Shown here piece by piece: positions 27,001 to 41,411 of a stretch of DNA of 64,000 nt (positions are counted from its first letter, which is position 1; each line of letters opens with the position of its first letter). Source of the stretch: Pristiophorus japonicus (Eukaryota); NCBI RefSeq assembly GCF_044704955.1, contig NW_027254485.1, positions 248,001 to 312,000 of the forward strand, written 5' to 3'. The translations under genes and the position numbers were made by a program. Below the pieces are notes generated by a model. It ran no database searches. It was not told where the DNA came from and saw only the letters and a program-made list of their open reading frames with translations.

Positions 27001-30000
27001 CCATTCACCCCCTGTAATAGGGCACCATTCACCCCCTGTAATAGGGCACCATTCACCCCCTGTAATAGTGCACCATTCACCCCCTGTAAAAGGGCACCAT
27101 TCACCCCCTGTAATAGGGCACCATTCACCCCCTGTAATAGGGCACCATTCACCCCCTGTAATAGGACTCCATTCACCCCCTGTAATAGGGCACCATTCAC
27201 CCCCTGTAATAGGGCACCATTCACCCCCTGTAATAGGGCACCATTCACCCCCTGTAATAGGGCACAATTCACCCCCTGTAATAGGGCACCATTCACCTCC
27301 TGTAATACGGCACCATTCACCCCCTGTAATAGGGCACCATTCACCCCCTGTAATACGGCACCATGCACCCCCTGTAATCGGGCACCATTCACCCCCTGTA
27401 ATCGGGCACCATTCACCCCCTGTAATAGGGCACCATTCACCCCCTGTAATAGGGCACCATTCACCCCCTGTAATAGGGCACCATTCACCCCCTGTAATAG
27501 GGCACCATTCACCCCCTGTAATAGGGCTCCATTCACCCCCTGTAATAGGGCACCATTTACCCCCTGTAATAGGGCACCATTCACCCACTGTAATAGTGCA
27601 CCATTCACCCCTTGTAAAAGGGCACCATTCACCCCCTGTAATAGGGCACCATTCACCCCCTGTAATAGGGCACCATTCACCCCCTGTAATAGGACTCCAT
27701 TCACCCCCTGTAATAGGGCACCATTCACCCCCTGTAATAGGGCACCATTCACCCCCTGTAATAGGGCACCATTCACCCCCTGTAATAGGGCACCATTCAC
27801 CCCCTGTAATAGGGCACCATTCACCTCCTGTAATACGGCACCATTCACCCCCTGTAATAGGGCACCATTCAACCCCTGTAATAGGGCACCATTCACCCCC
27901 TGTAATATGGCTCCATTCACCCCCTGTAATAGGGCTCCATTCACCCCCTGTAATAGGGCACCATTCACCCCCTGTAATAGGGCTCCGTTCACCCCCTGTA
28001 ATCGGGCACCATTCACCCCGTGTAATCGGGCACCATTCTCCCCCTGTAATAGGGCTCCATTCACCCCCTGTAATAGGGCACCATTCACCCCCTGTAATAC
28101 GGCACCATTCACCCCCTGTAATCGGGCACCATTCACCCCCTGTAATAGGGCACCATTCACCCCCTGTAATAGGGCACCTTTCACCCCCTGTAATCGGGCA
28201 CCATTCACCCCCTGTAATAGGGCACCGTTCACCCCCTGTAATAGGGCACCATTCACCCCCTGTAATAGGGCACCATTCACCCCCTGTAATAGGGCACCAT
28301 TCACCCCCTGTAATAGGGCTCCATTCACCCCCTGTAATAGGGCACCATTCACCCCCTGTAATAGGGCACCATTCACCCCCTGTAATAGGGCACCATTCAC
28401 CCCCTGTAATAGGGCACCATTCACCCCCTATAATAGGGCACCATTCACCTCCTGTAATAGGGCACCATTCACCCCCTGTAATAGGGCACCATTCACCCCC
28501 TGTAATAGGGCACCATTCACCCCCTGTAATAGGGCACCATTCACCTCCTGTAATAGGGCACCATTCACCCCCTGTAATAGGGCACCATTCACCCCCTGTA
28601 ATAGGGCACCATTCACCCCCTATAATAGGGCACCATTCACCTCCTGTAAAAGGGCACCATTCACCCCCTGTAATAGGGCACCATTCACCCCCTGTAATAG
28701 GGCACCATTCACCCCCTGTAATAGGGCACCATTCACCTCCTGTAATAGGGCACCATTCAACCCCTGTAATAGGGCACCATTCACCCCCTGTAATAGGGCT
28801 CCATTCACCCCCTGTAATAGGGCTCCATTCACTCCCTGTAATAGGGCTCCATTCACCCCCTGTAATAGGGCTCCATTCACCCCCTGTAATAGGGCACCAT
28901 TCACTCCCTGTAATAGGGCACCATTCACCCCGTGTAATAGGGCTCCATTCACCCCCTGTAATAGGGCACCATTCAGCCCCTGTAATAGGACACCATTCAC
29001 CCCCTGTAATAGGGCACCATTCACCCCCTGTAATAGGGCTCCATTCACCCCCTGTAATAGGGCACCATTCACCCCCTGTAATAGGGCACCATTCACCCCC
29101 TATAATAGGGCACCATTCACCTCCTGTAATAGGGCACCATTCACCCCCTGTAATAGGGCACCATTCACCCCCTGTAATAGGGCACATTCACCTCCTGTAA
29201 TAGGGCACCATTCACCCCCTGTAATAGGGCACCATTCACCCCCTGTAATAGGGCACCATTCACCCCCTGTAATAGGGCACCATTCACCCCCTGTAATAGG
29301 GCACCATTCACCCCCTGTAATAGGGCACCATTCACCTCTTGTAATAGGGCACCATTCACCCCCTGTAATAGGGCACCATTCACCCCCTGTAATAGGGCAC
29401 CTTTCACCCCCTGTAATAGGGCACCATTCACCCCTGTAATAGGACTCCATTCACCCCCTGTAATAGGGCACCATTCACCCCCTGTAATAGGGCACCATTC
29501 ACCCCCTGTAATAGGACTCCATTCACCCCCTGTAATAGGGCACCATTCACCCCCTGTAATAGGGCACCATTCACCCCCTGTAATAGGGCACCATTCACCC
29601 CCTGTAATAGGGCACCATTCACCTCCTGTAATACGGCACCATTCACCCCCTGTAATAGGGCACCATTCAACCCCTGTAATAGGGCACCATTCACCCCCTG
29701 TAATATGGCTCCATTCACCCCCTGTAATAGGGCTCCATTCACCCCCTGTAATAGGGCACCATTCACCCCCTGTAATAGGGCTCCGTTCACCCCCTGTAAT
29801 CGGGCACCATTCACCCCGTGTAATCGGGCACCATTCTCCCCCTGTAATAGGGCTCCATTCACCCCCTGTAATAGGGCACCATTCACCCCCTGTAATACGG
29901 CACCATTCACCCCCTGTAATCGGGCACCATTCACCCCCTGTAATAGGGCACCATTCACCCCCTGTAATAGGGCACCTTTCACCCCCTGTAATCGGGCACC

Positions 30001-33000
30001 ATTCACCCCCTGTAATAGGGCACCGTTCACCCCCTGTAATAGGGCACCATTCACCCCCTGTAATAGGGCACCATTCACCCCCTGTAATAGGGCACCATTC
30101 ACCCCCTGTAATAGGGCTCCATTCACCCCCTGTAATAGGGCACCATTCACCCCCTGTAATACGGCACCATTCACCCCCTGTAATAGGGCACCATTCACCC
30201 CCTGTAATAGGGCACCATTCACCCCCTGTAATAGGGCACCATTCACCCCCTATAATAGGGCACCATTCACCTCCTGTAATAGGGCACCATTCACCCCCTG
30301 TAATAGGGCACCATTCACCCCCTGTAATAGGGCACCATTCACCCCCTGTAATAGGGCACCATTCACCTCCTGTAATAGGGCACCATTCAACCCCTGTAAT
30401 AGGGCACCATTCACCCCCTGTAATAGGGCTCCATTCACCCCCTGTAATAGGGCTCCATTCACCCCCTGTAATAGGGCACCATTCACCCCCTGTAATAGGG
30501 CACCATTCACCCCCTGTAATAGGGCACCATTCACCCCCTATAATAGGGCACCATTCACCTCCTGTAAAAGGGCACCATTCACCCCCTGTAATAGGGCACC
30601 ATTCACCCCCTGTAATAGGGCACCATTCACCCCCTGTAATAGGGCACCATTCACCTCCTGTAATAGGGCACCATTCAACCCCTGTAATAGGGCACCATTC
30701 ACCCCCTGTAATAGGGCTCCATTCACCCCCTGTAATAGGGCTCCATTCACTCCCTGTAATAGGGCTCCATTCACCCCCTGTAATTGGGCTCCAGTCACCC
30801 CCTGTAATAGGGCACCATTCACTCCCTGTAATAGGGCACCATTCACCCCGTGTAATAGGGCTCCATTCACCCCCTGTAATAGGGCACCATTCAGCCCCTG
30901 TAATAGGACACCATTCACCCCCTGTAATAGGGCACCATTCACCCCCTGTAATAGGGCTCCATTCACCCCCTGTAATAGGGCACCATTCACCCCCTGTAAT
31001 AGGACTCCATTCACCCCCTGTAATAGGGCACCATTCACCCCCTGTAATAGGGCACCATTCACCCCCTGTAATAGGGCACCATTCACCCCCTGTAATAGGG
31101 CACCATTCACCCCCTGTAATAGGGCACCATTCACCTCCTGTAATACGGCACCATTCACCCCCTGTAATAGGGCACCATTCAACCCCTGTAATAGGGCACC
31201 ATTCACCCCCTGTAATATGGCTCCATTCACCCCCTGTAATAGGGCTCCATTCACCCCCTGTAATAGGGCACCATTCACCCCCTGTAATAGGGCTCCGTTC
31301 ACCCCCTGTAATCGGGCACCATTCACCCCGTGTAATCGGGCACCATTCTCCCCCTGTAATAGGGCTCCATTCACCCCCTGTAATAGGGCACCATTCACCC
31401 CCTGTAATACGGCACCATTCACCCCCTGTAATCGGGCACCATTCACCCCCTGTAATAGGGCACCATTCACCCCCTGTAATAGGGCACCTTTCACCCCCTG
31501 TAATCGGGCACCATTCACCCCCTGTAATAGGGCACCGTTCACCCCCTGTAATAGGGCACCATTCACCCCCTGTAATAGGGCACCATTCACCTCCTGTAAT
31601 AGGGCACCATTCACCCCCTGTAATAGGGCTCCATTCACCCCCTGTAATAGGGCACCATTCACCCCCTGTAATACGGCACCATTCACCCCCTGTAATAGGG
31701 CACCATTCACCCCCTGTAATAGGGCACCATTCACCCCCTGTAATAGGGCACCATTCACCCCCTATAATAGGGCACCATTCACCTCCTGTAATAGGGCACC
31801 ATTCACCCCCTGTAATAGGGCACCATTCACCCCCTGTAATAGGGCACCATTCACCCCCTGTAATAGGGCACCATTCACCTCCTGTAATAGGGCACCATTC
31901 AACCCCTGTAATAGGGCACCATTCACCCCCTGTAATAGGGCTCCATTCACCCCCTGTAATAGGGCTCCATTCACCCCCTGTAATAGGGCACCATTCACCC
32001 CCTGTAATAGGGCACCATTCACCCCCTGTAATAGGGCACCATTCACCCCCTATAATAGGGCACCATTCACCTCCTGTAAAAGGGCACCATTCACCCCCTG
32101 TAATAGGGCACCATTCACCCCCTGTAATAGGGCACCATTCACCCCCTGTAATAGGGCACCATTCACCTCCTGTAATAGGGCACCATTCAACCCCTGTAAT
32201 AGGGCACCATTCACCCCCTGTAATAGGGCTCCATTCACCCCCTGTAATAGGGCTCCATTCACTCCCTGTAATAGGGCTCCATTCACCCCCTGTAATAGGG
32301 CTCCATTCACCCCCTGTAATAGGGCACCATTCACTCCCTGTAATAGGGCACCATTCACCCCGTGTAATAGGGCTCCATTCACCCCCTGTAATAGGGCACC
32401 ATTCAGCCCCTGTAATAGGACACCATTCACCCCCTGTAATAGGGCACCATTCACCCCCTGTAATAGGGCTCCATTCACCCCCTGTAATAGGGCACCATTC
32501 ACCCCCTGTAATAGGGCACCATTCACCCCCTATAATAGGGCACCATTCACCTCCTGTAATAGGGCACCATTCACCCCCTGTAATAGGGCACCATTCACCC
32601 CCTGTAATAGGGCACATTCACCTCCTGTAATAGGGCACCATTCACCCCCTGTAATAGGGCACCATTCACCCCCTGTAATAGGGCACCATTCACCCCCTGT
32701 AATAGGGCACCATTCATCCCCTGTAATAGGGCACCATTCACCCCCTGTAATAGGGCACCATTCACCTCTTGTAATAGGGCACCATTCACCCCCTGTAATA
32801 GGGCACCTTTCACCCCCTGTAATAGGGCACCATTCACCCCTGTAATAGGACTCCATTCACCCCCTGTAATAGGGCACCATTCACCCCCTGTAATAGGGCA
32901 CCATTCACCCCCTGTAATAGGACTCCATTCACCCCCTGTAATAGGGCACCATTCACCCCCTGTAATAGGGCACCATTCACCCCCTGTAATAGGGCACCAT

Positions 33001-36000
33001 TCACCCCCTGTAATAGGGCACCATTCACCCCCTGTAATAGGGCACCATTCACCTCCTGTAATACGGCACCATTCACCCCCTGTAATAGGGCACCATTCAA
33101 CCCCTGTAATAGGGCACCATTCACCCCCTGTAATATGGCTCCATTCACCCCCTGTAATAGGGCTCCATTCACCCCCTGTAATAGGGCACCATTCACCCCC
33201 TGTAATAGGGCTCCGTTCACCCCCTGTAATCGGGCACCATTCACCCCGTGTAATCGGGCACCATTCTCCCCCTGTAATAGGGCTCCATTCACCCCCTGTA
33301 ATAGGGCACCATTCACCCCCTGTAATACGGCACCATTCACCCCCTGTAATCGGGCACCATTCACCCCCTGTAATAGGGCACCATTCACCCCCTGTAATAG
33401 GGCACCTTTCACCCCCTGTAATCGGGCACCATTCACCCCCTGTAATAGGGCACCGTTCACCCCCTGTAATAGGGCACCATTCACCCCCTGTAATAGGGCA
33501 CCATTCACCCCCTGTAATAGGGCACCATTCACCCCCTGTAATAGGGCTCCATTCACCCCCTGTAATAGGGCTCCATTCACCCCCTGTAATAGGGCACCAT
33601 TCACCCCCTGTAATACGGCACCATTCACCCCCTGTAATAGGGCACCATTCACCCCCTGTAATAGGGCACCATTCACCCCCTGTAATAGGGCACCATTCAC
33701 CCCCTATAATAGGGCACCATTCACCTCCTGTAATAGGGCACCATTCACCCCCTGTAATAGGGCACCATTCACCCCCTGTAATAGGGCACCATTCACCCCC
33801 TGTAATAGGGCACCATTCACCTCCTGTAATAGGGCACCATTCAACCCCTGTAATAGGGCACCATTCACCCCCTGTAATAGGGCTCCATTCACCCCCTGTA
33901 ATAGGGCTCCATTCACCCCCTGTAATAGGGCACCATTCACCCCCTGTAATAGGGCACCATTCACCCCCTGTAATAGGGCACCATTCACCCCCTATAATAG
34001 GGCACCATTCACCTCCTGTAAAAGGGCACCATTCACCCCCTGTAATAGGGCACCATTCACCCCCTGTAATAGGGCACCATTCACCCCCTGTAATAGGGCA
34101 CCATTCACCTCCTGTAATAGGGCACCATTCAACCCCTGTAATAGGGCACCATTCACCCCCTGTAATAGGGCTCCATTCACCCCCTGTAATAGGGCTCCAT
34201 TCACTCCCTGTAATAGGGCTCCATTCACCCCCTGTAATTGGGCTCCATTCACCCCCTGTAATAGGGCACCATTCACTCCCTGTAATAGGTTACCATTCAC
34301 CCCGTGTAATAGGGCTCCATTCACCCCCTGTAATAGGGCACCATTCAGCCCCTGTAATAGGACACCATTCACCCCCTGTAATAGGGCACCATTCACCCCC
34401 TGTAATAGGGCTCCATTCACCCCCTGTAATAGGGCACCATTCACCCCCTGTAATAGGGCACCATTCACCCCCTGTAATAGGGCACATTCACCTCCTGTAA
34501 TAGGGCACCATTCACCCCCTGTAATAGGGCACCATTCACCCCCTGTAATAGGGCACATTCACCTCCTGTAATAGGGCACCATTCACCCCCTGTAATAGGG
34601 CACCATTCACCCCCTGTAATAGGGCACCATTCACCCCCTGTAATAGGGCACCATTCACCCCCTGTAATAGGGCACCATTCACCCCCTGTAATAGGGCACC
34701 ATTCACCTCTTGTAATAGGGCACCATTCACCCCCTGTAATAGGGCACCATTCACCCCCTGTAATAGGGCACCTTTCACCCCCTGTAATAGGGCACCATTC
34801 ACCCCTGTAATAGGACTCCATTCACCCCCTGTAATAGGGCACCATTCACCCCCTGTAATAGGGCACCATTCACCCCCTGTAATAGGACACCATTCACCCC
34901 CTGTAATAGGGCACCATTCACCCCCTGTAATAGGGCACCATTCACCCCCTGTAATAGGGCACCATTCACCCCCTGTAATAGTGCACCATTCACCCCCTGT
35001 AAAAGGGCACCATTCACCCCCTGTAATAGGGCACCATTCACCCCCTGTAATAGGGCACCATTCACCCCCTGTAATAGGACTCCATTCACCCCCTGTAATA
35101 GGGCACCATTCACCCCCTGTAATAGGGCACCATTCACCCCCTGTAATAGGGCACCATTCACCCCCTGTAATAGGGCACAATTCACCCCCTGTAATAGGGC
35201 ACCATTCACCTCCTGTAATACGGCACCATTCACCCCCTGTAATAGGGCACCATTCACCCCCTGTAATACGGCACCATTCACCCCCTGTAATCGGGCACCA
35301 TTCACCCCCTGTAATCGGGCACCATTCACCCCCTGTAATAGGGCACCATTCACCCCCTGTAATAGGGCACCATTCACCCCCTGTAATAGGGCACCATTCA
35401 CCCCCTGTAATAGGGCACCATTCACCCCCTGTAATAGGGCTCCATTCACCCCCTGTAATAGGGCACCATTCACCCCCTGTAATAGGGCACCATTCACCCA
35501 CTGTAATAGTGCACCATTCACCCCTTGTAAAAGGGCACCATTCACCCCCTGTAATAGGGCACCATTCACCCCCTGTAATAGGGCACCATTCACCCCCTGT
35601 AATAGGACTCCATTCACCCCCTGTAATAGGGCACCATTCACCCCCTGTAATAGGGCACCATTCACCCCCTGTAATAGGGCACCATTCACCCCCTGTAATA
35701 GGGCACCATTCACCTCCTGTAATACGGCACCATTCACCCCCTGTAATAGGGCACCATTCAACTCTTGTAATAGGGCACCATTCACCCCCTGTAATATGGC
35801 TCCATTCACCCCCTGTAATAGGGCTCCATTCACCCCCTGTAATAGGGCACCATTCACCCCCTGTAATAGGGCTCCGTTCACCCCCTGTAATCGGGCACCA
35901 TTCACCCCGTGTAATCGGGCACCATTCTCCCCCTGTAATAGGGCTCCATTCACCCCCTGTAATAGGGCACCATTCACCCCCTGTAATACGGCACCATTCA

Positions 36001-37390
36001 CCCCCTGTAATCGGGCACCATTCGCCCCCTGTAATAGGGCACCATTCACCCCCTGTAATAGGGCACCTTTCACCCCTTGTAATCGGGCACCGTTCACCCC
36101 CTGTAATAGGGCACCGTTCACCCCCTGTAATAGGGCACCATTCACCCCCTGTAATAGGGCACCATTCACCCCCTGTAATAGGGCACCATTCACCCCCTGT
36201 AATAGGGCTCCATTCACCCCCTGTAATAGGGCACCATTCACCCCCTGTAATACGGCACCATTCACCCCCTGTAATAGGGCACCATTCACCCCCTGTAATA
36301 GGGCACCATTCACCCCCTGTAATAGGGCACCATTCACCCCCTATAATAGGGCACCATTCACCTCCTGTAATAGGGCACCATTCACCCCCTGTAATAGGGC
36401 ACCATTCACCCCCTGTAATAGGGCACCATTCACCCCCTGTAATAGGGCACCATTCACCTCCTGTAATAGGGCACCATTCAACCCCTGTAATAGGGCACCA
36501 TTCACCCCCTGTAATAGGGCTCCATTCACCCCCTGTAATAGGGCTCCATTCACCCCCTGTAATAGGGCACCATTCACCCCCTGTAATAGGGCACCATTCA
36601 CCCCCTGTAATAGGGCACCATTCACCCCCTATAATAGGGCACCATTCACCTCCTGTAAAAGGGCACCATTCACCCCCTGTAATAGGGCACCATTCACCCC
36701 CTGTAATAGGGCACCATTCACCCCCTGTAATAGGGCACCATTCACCTCCTGTAATAGGGCACCATTCAACCCCTGTAATAGGGCACCATTCACCCCCTGT
36801 AATAGGGCTCCATTCACCCCCTGTAATAGGGCTCCATTCACCCCCTGTAATAGGGCACCATTCACCCCCTGTAATAGGGCACCATTCACCCCCTGTAATA
36901 GGGCACCATTCACCCCCTGTAATCGGGCTCCATTCACCCCTGTAATAGGGCTCCGTTCACCCCCTGTAATAGGGCACCATTCACCCCCTGTAATAGGGCA
37001 CCATTCACCCCCTGTAATAGGGCTCCATTCACCCCCTGTAATAGGGCACCATTCACCCCCTGTAATAGGGCACCATTCACCCCCTGTAATAGGGCACCAT
37101 TCAACCCCTGTAATCGGGCACCATTCACCCCCTGTAATAGGGCACCATTCACCCCCTGTAATAGGGCACCATTCACCCCCTGTAATAGGGCACCATTCAC
37201 CCCCTGTAATAAGGCATCATTCCCTCCCTGTAATAGGGCTCCATTCACCCCCTGTAATAGGGCACCATTCACTCCCTGTAATAGGGCACCATTCACCTCC
37301 TGTAATAGGGCTCCATTCACCCCCTGTAATAAGGCTCCATTCACCCCCTGTAATAGGGCACCATTCACTCCCTGTAATAGTGCGCCATTT
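15052..37390. repeat. ~22.3 kb tandem array of a 24-bp unit (ccattcaccccctgtaatagggca), roughly 930 copies, with higher-order structure
   Basis: Direct reading; copy number is length divided by 24; occasional 23-bp variants shift the frame. Confidence 0.98.
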
Positions 37391-37530
37391 AACTTGCGTT
37401 GCCTCTTTTGTCCGTCCTTCCTACACCGAGGTCAATGGTGAGGAGAATGGGGCGGAGCTACAAGTGGGCTGCCGATTGGCTGTCGGCGCCTCGAGTTCCC
37501 GCCCCACACCGATTGACACCATTTACTATT

Positions 37531-40525
37531 GCACCATGGAGGGGGAATGGTGTCGGTACGTCTCACACTGCCTGCACCATGGAGGGGGAATGGTGTCGGT
37601 ACGTCTCACACTGCACCATGGAGGGGGAATGGTGTCGGTACGTCTCACACTGCACCATGGAGGGGGAATGGTGTCGGTACGTCTCACACTGCACCATGGA
37701 GGGGGAATGGTGTCGGTACGTCTCACACTGCACCATGGAGGGGGAATGGTGTCGGTACGTCTCACACTGCACCATGGAGGGGGAATGGTGTCGGTACGTC
37801 TCACACTGCACCATGGAGGGGGAATGGTGTCAGTACGTCTCACACTGCACCATGGAGGGGGAATGGTGTCGGTACGGGCTCACACTGCACCATGGAGGGG
37901 GAATGGTGACGGTACGTCTCACACTGCACCATGGAGGGGGAATGGTGTCGGTACGTCTCACACTGCCTGCACCATGGAGGGGGAATGGTGTCGGTACGTC
38001 TCACACTGCACCATGGAGGGGGAATGGTGTCAGTACGTCTCACACTGCACCATGGAGGGGGAATGGTGTCGGTACGTCTCACACTGCACCATGGAGGGGG
38101 AATGGTGTCGGTACGTCTCACACTGCCTGCACCATGGAGGGGGAATGGTGTCGGTACGTCTCACACTGCACCATGGAGGGGGAATGGTGTCGGTACGTCT
38201 CACACTGCACCATGGAGGGGCAATGGTGTCGGTACGTCTCACACTGCCGGCACCATGGAGAGGGAATGGTGTCGGTACGTCTCACACTGCACCATGGAGG
38301 GGGAATGGTGTCGGTACGTCTCACACTGCCTGCACCATGGAGGGGGAATGGTGTCGGTACGTCTCACACTGCACCATGGAGGGGGAATGGTGTCGGTACG
38401 TCTCACACTGCACCATGGAGGGGGAATGGTGTCGGTACGTCTCACACTGCCTGCACCATGGAGGGGGAATGGTGTCGGTACGTCTCACACTGCACCATGG
38501 AGGGGGAATGGTGTCGGTACGTCTCACACTGCACCATGGAGGGGGAATGGTGTCGGTACGTCTCACACTGCACCATGGAGGGGGAATGGTGTCGGTACGT
38601 CTCACACTGCACCATGGAGGGGGAATGGTGTCGGTACGTCTCACACTGCCTGCACCATGGAGGGGGAATGGTGTCGGTACGTCTCACACTGCACCATGGA
38701 GGGGGAATGGTGTCGGTACGTCTCACACTGCACCATGGAGGGGGAATGGTGTCGGTACGTCTCACACTGCACCATGGAGGGGGAATGGTGTCGGTACGTC
38801 TCACACTGCACCATGGAGGGGGAATGGTGTCGGTACGTCTCACACTGCACCATGGAGGGGGAATGGTGTCGGTACGTCTCACACTGCCTGCACCATGGAG
38901 GGGGAATGGTGTCGGTACGTCTCACACTGCACCATGGAGGGGGAATGGTGTCGGTACGTCTCACACTGCACCATGGAGGGGGAATGGTGTCGGTACGTCT
39001 CACACTGCACCATGGAGGGGGAATGGTGTCGGTACGTCTCACACTGCACCATGGAGGGGGAATGGTGTCGGTACGTCTCACACTGCCTGCACCATGGAGG
39101 GGGAATGGTGTCGGTACGTCTCACACTGCCTGCACCATGGAGGGGGAATGGTGTCGGTACGTCTCACACTGCACCATGGAGGGGGAATGGTGTCGGTACG
39201 TCTCACACTGCACCATGGAGGGGGAATGGTGACGGTACGTCTCACACTGCACCATGGAGGGGGAATGGTGTCGGTACGTCTCACACTGCCTGCACCATGG
39301 AGGGGGAATGGTGTCGGTACGTCTCACACTGCCTGCACCATGGAGGGGGAATGGTGTCGGTACGTCTCACACTGCACCATGGAGGGGGAATGGTGTCGGT
39401 ACGTCTCACACTGCCTGCACCATGGAGAGGGAATGGTGTCGGTACGTCTCACACTGCACCATGGAGAGGGAATGGTGTCGGTACGTCTCACACTGCCTGC
39501 ACCATGGAGGGGGAATGGTGTCGGTACGTCTCACACTGCACCATGGAGGGGGAATGGTGTCGGTACGTCTCACACTGCACCATGGAGGGGGAATGGTGTC
39601 GGTACGTCTCACATTGCACCATGGAGAGGGAATGGTGACGGTACGTCTCACACTGCACCATGGAGGGGGAATGGTGTCGGTACGTCTCACACTGCACCAT
39701 GGAGGGGGAATGGTGTCGGTACGTCTCACACTGCACCATGGAGGGGGAATGGTGTCGGTACGTCTCACACTGCACCATGGAGGGGGAATGGTGTCGGTAC
39801 GTCTCACACTGCACCATGGAGGGGGAATGGTGTCGGTACGTCTCACACTGCCTGCACCATGGAGGGGGAATGGTGTCGGTACGTCTCACACTGCACCATG
39901 GAGGGGGAATGGTGTCGGTACATCTCACACTGCACCATGGAGGGGGAATGGTGTCGGTACGTCTCACACTGCACCATGGAGGGGGAATGGTGAAGGTACG
40001 TCTCACACTGCACCATGGAGGGGGAATGGTGTCGGTACGTCTCACACTGCACCATGGAGGGGGAATGGTGTCGGTACGTCTCACACTGCACCATGGAGGG
40101 GGAATGGTGTCGGTACGTCTCACACTGCACCATGGAGAGGGAATGGTGTCGGTACGTCTCACACTGCACCATGGAGAGGGAATGGTGTCGGTACGTCTCA
40201 CACTGCACCATGGAGGGGGAATGGTGTCGGTACGGGCTCACACTGCACCATGGAGGGGGAATGGTGTCAGTACGTCTCACACTGCACCATGGAGGGGGAA
40301 TGGTGAAGGTACGGGCTCACACTGCACCATGGAGGGGGAATGGTGAAGGTACGGGCTCACACTGCACCATGGAGGGGGAATGGTGTCAGTACGTCTCACA
40401 CTGCACCATGGAGGGGGAATGGTGAAGGTACGGGCTCACACTGCACCATGGAGGGGGAATGGTGTCGGTACGTCTCACACTGCACCATGGAGGGGGAATG
40501 GTGAAGGTACGGGCTCACACTGCCT
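37531..40525. repeat. 39-bp minisatellite (gcaccatggagggggaatggtgtcggtacgtctcacact; 43-bp +gcct variant), about 75 copies
   Basis: Direct reading. Confidence 0.97.
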
Positions 40526-40649
40526 GCATCTTGTGGATAATTGTAGTTTCCCCACAGGCTCAGCGAGAAGGTTACAAAGTGCAGCCCTGTCGACTCCGAT
40601 CCCAGACCCGGTTATGGGCACTGTGGGATCTTCAGGTCCCTGCAGAAAC

Positions 40650-41078
40650 ATTGGCTGTGAGGACAGATTGGATCGGCTGGGGTTGTTTACTTTGGAACAG
40701 AGGAGGCTGAGGGGAGACCTGATTGAGGTGTATAAAATTATGAGGGGCCTGGATAGAGTGGATAGGAAGGACTCGTTTCCCTTAGCCGAGGGGTCAATAA
40801 CCAGGGGACGTAGATTTAAAGTAATTGGTCGGGGGAATTTGAGGGGAAAGTTTTTAACCCAGAGGGTGGTGGGGGTCTGGAATTCACGGCCTGAAAGGGT
40901 GGTCGAGGCAGAAACCCTCACCTTATTTAAACAGGACCTGGATGTATACCTGAAGTGCTGTAACCCACAGGGCTACCGACCGAGAGCTGGAAAGTGGGAT
41001 TAGGCTGGGTAGCTCTTGGTCGGCCGGTGTGGACACGATGGGTCGAATGGCCTCCTTCCGTGCTGTAAATTTCTATGA
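40650..41078 (+). mobile_element. CR1 3' fragment
   Basis: EDRLDRLGLFTLEQRRLRGDLIEVYKIMRGLDRVD...TQRVVGVWN. Confidence 0.9.
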
Positions 41079-41411
41079 TGCTGTGAACATACACAGCAAA
41101 TCGGTCAGCATCTGAAATGTGAAAAGGGAGGCTGGTTTTCCGAGCCCAGATCTGAAAAGTAACCACACATTTCAGGAGAGGCCGAGAGAGAATCCAGTCA
41201 CAATTGGGGGTGGATTGACAGGCTGAGTGAGATGAAAGGTCACCTGAGAGATCCACAGGATTCCCTTGTTCTGTTGATACCCCTCGATATCTGTCCAGGG
41301 GAACACAGGAACAGGGGTAGGCTAGTCAACCTCTCCGGCCCGTTCTGCTACTGCATTAGATCGCGGCCAATCCCAACCCCATTTAATCTGAAATCTTGTA
41401 ACGTGTTACAG

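Noticed and set aside
37430-37530. GC-box/CCAAT promoter-like island between the two big arrays
   Set aside because: Resembles dispersed sequence at ~41980-42030 and ~11740-11860 (tcaatg...ggg/cggg pattern), so it is more likely a repeat remnant; no support for a promoter.
15052-40525. Very long ORFs (up to 1280 aa) such as (GGEWCPIT)n, (VNGALLQG)n, (RAPFTPCN)n and (HCTMEGEWCRYVS)n
   Set aside because: Unit lengths of 24 and 39 bp are multiples of 3 and lack stops in several frames on both strands; frames shift at indel variants. They are intronic satellite artefacts, not genes.
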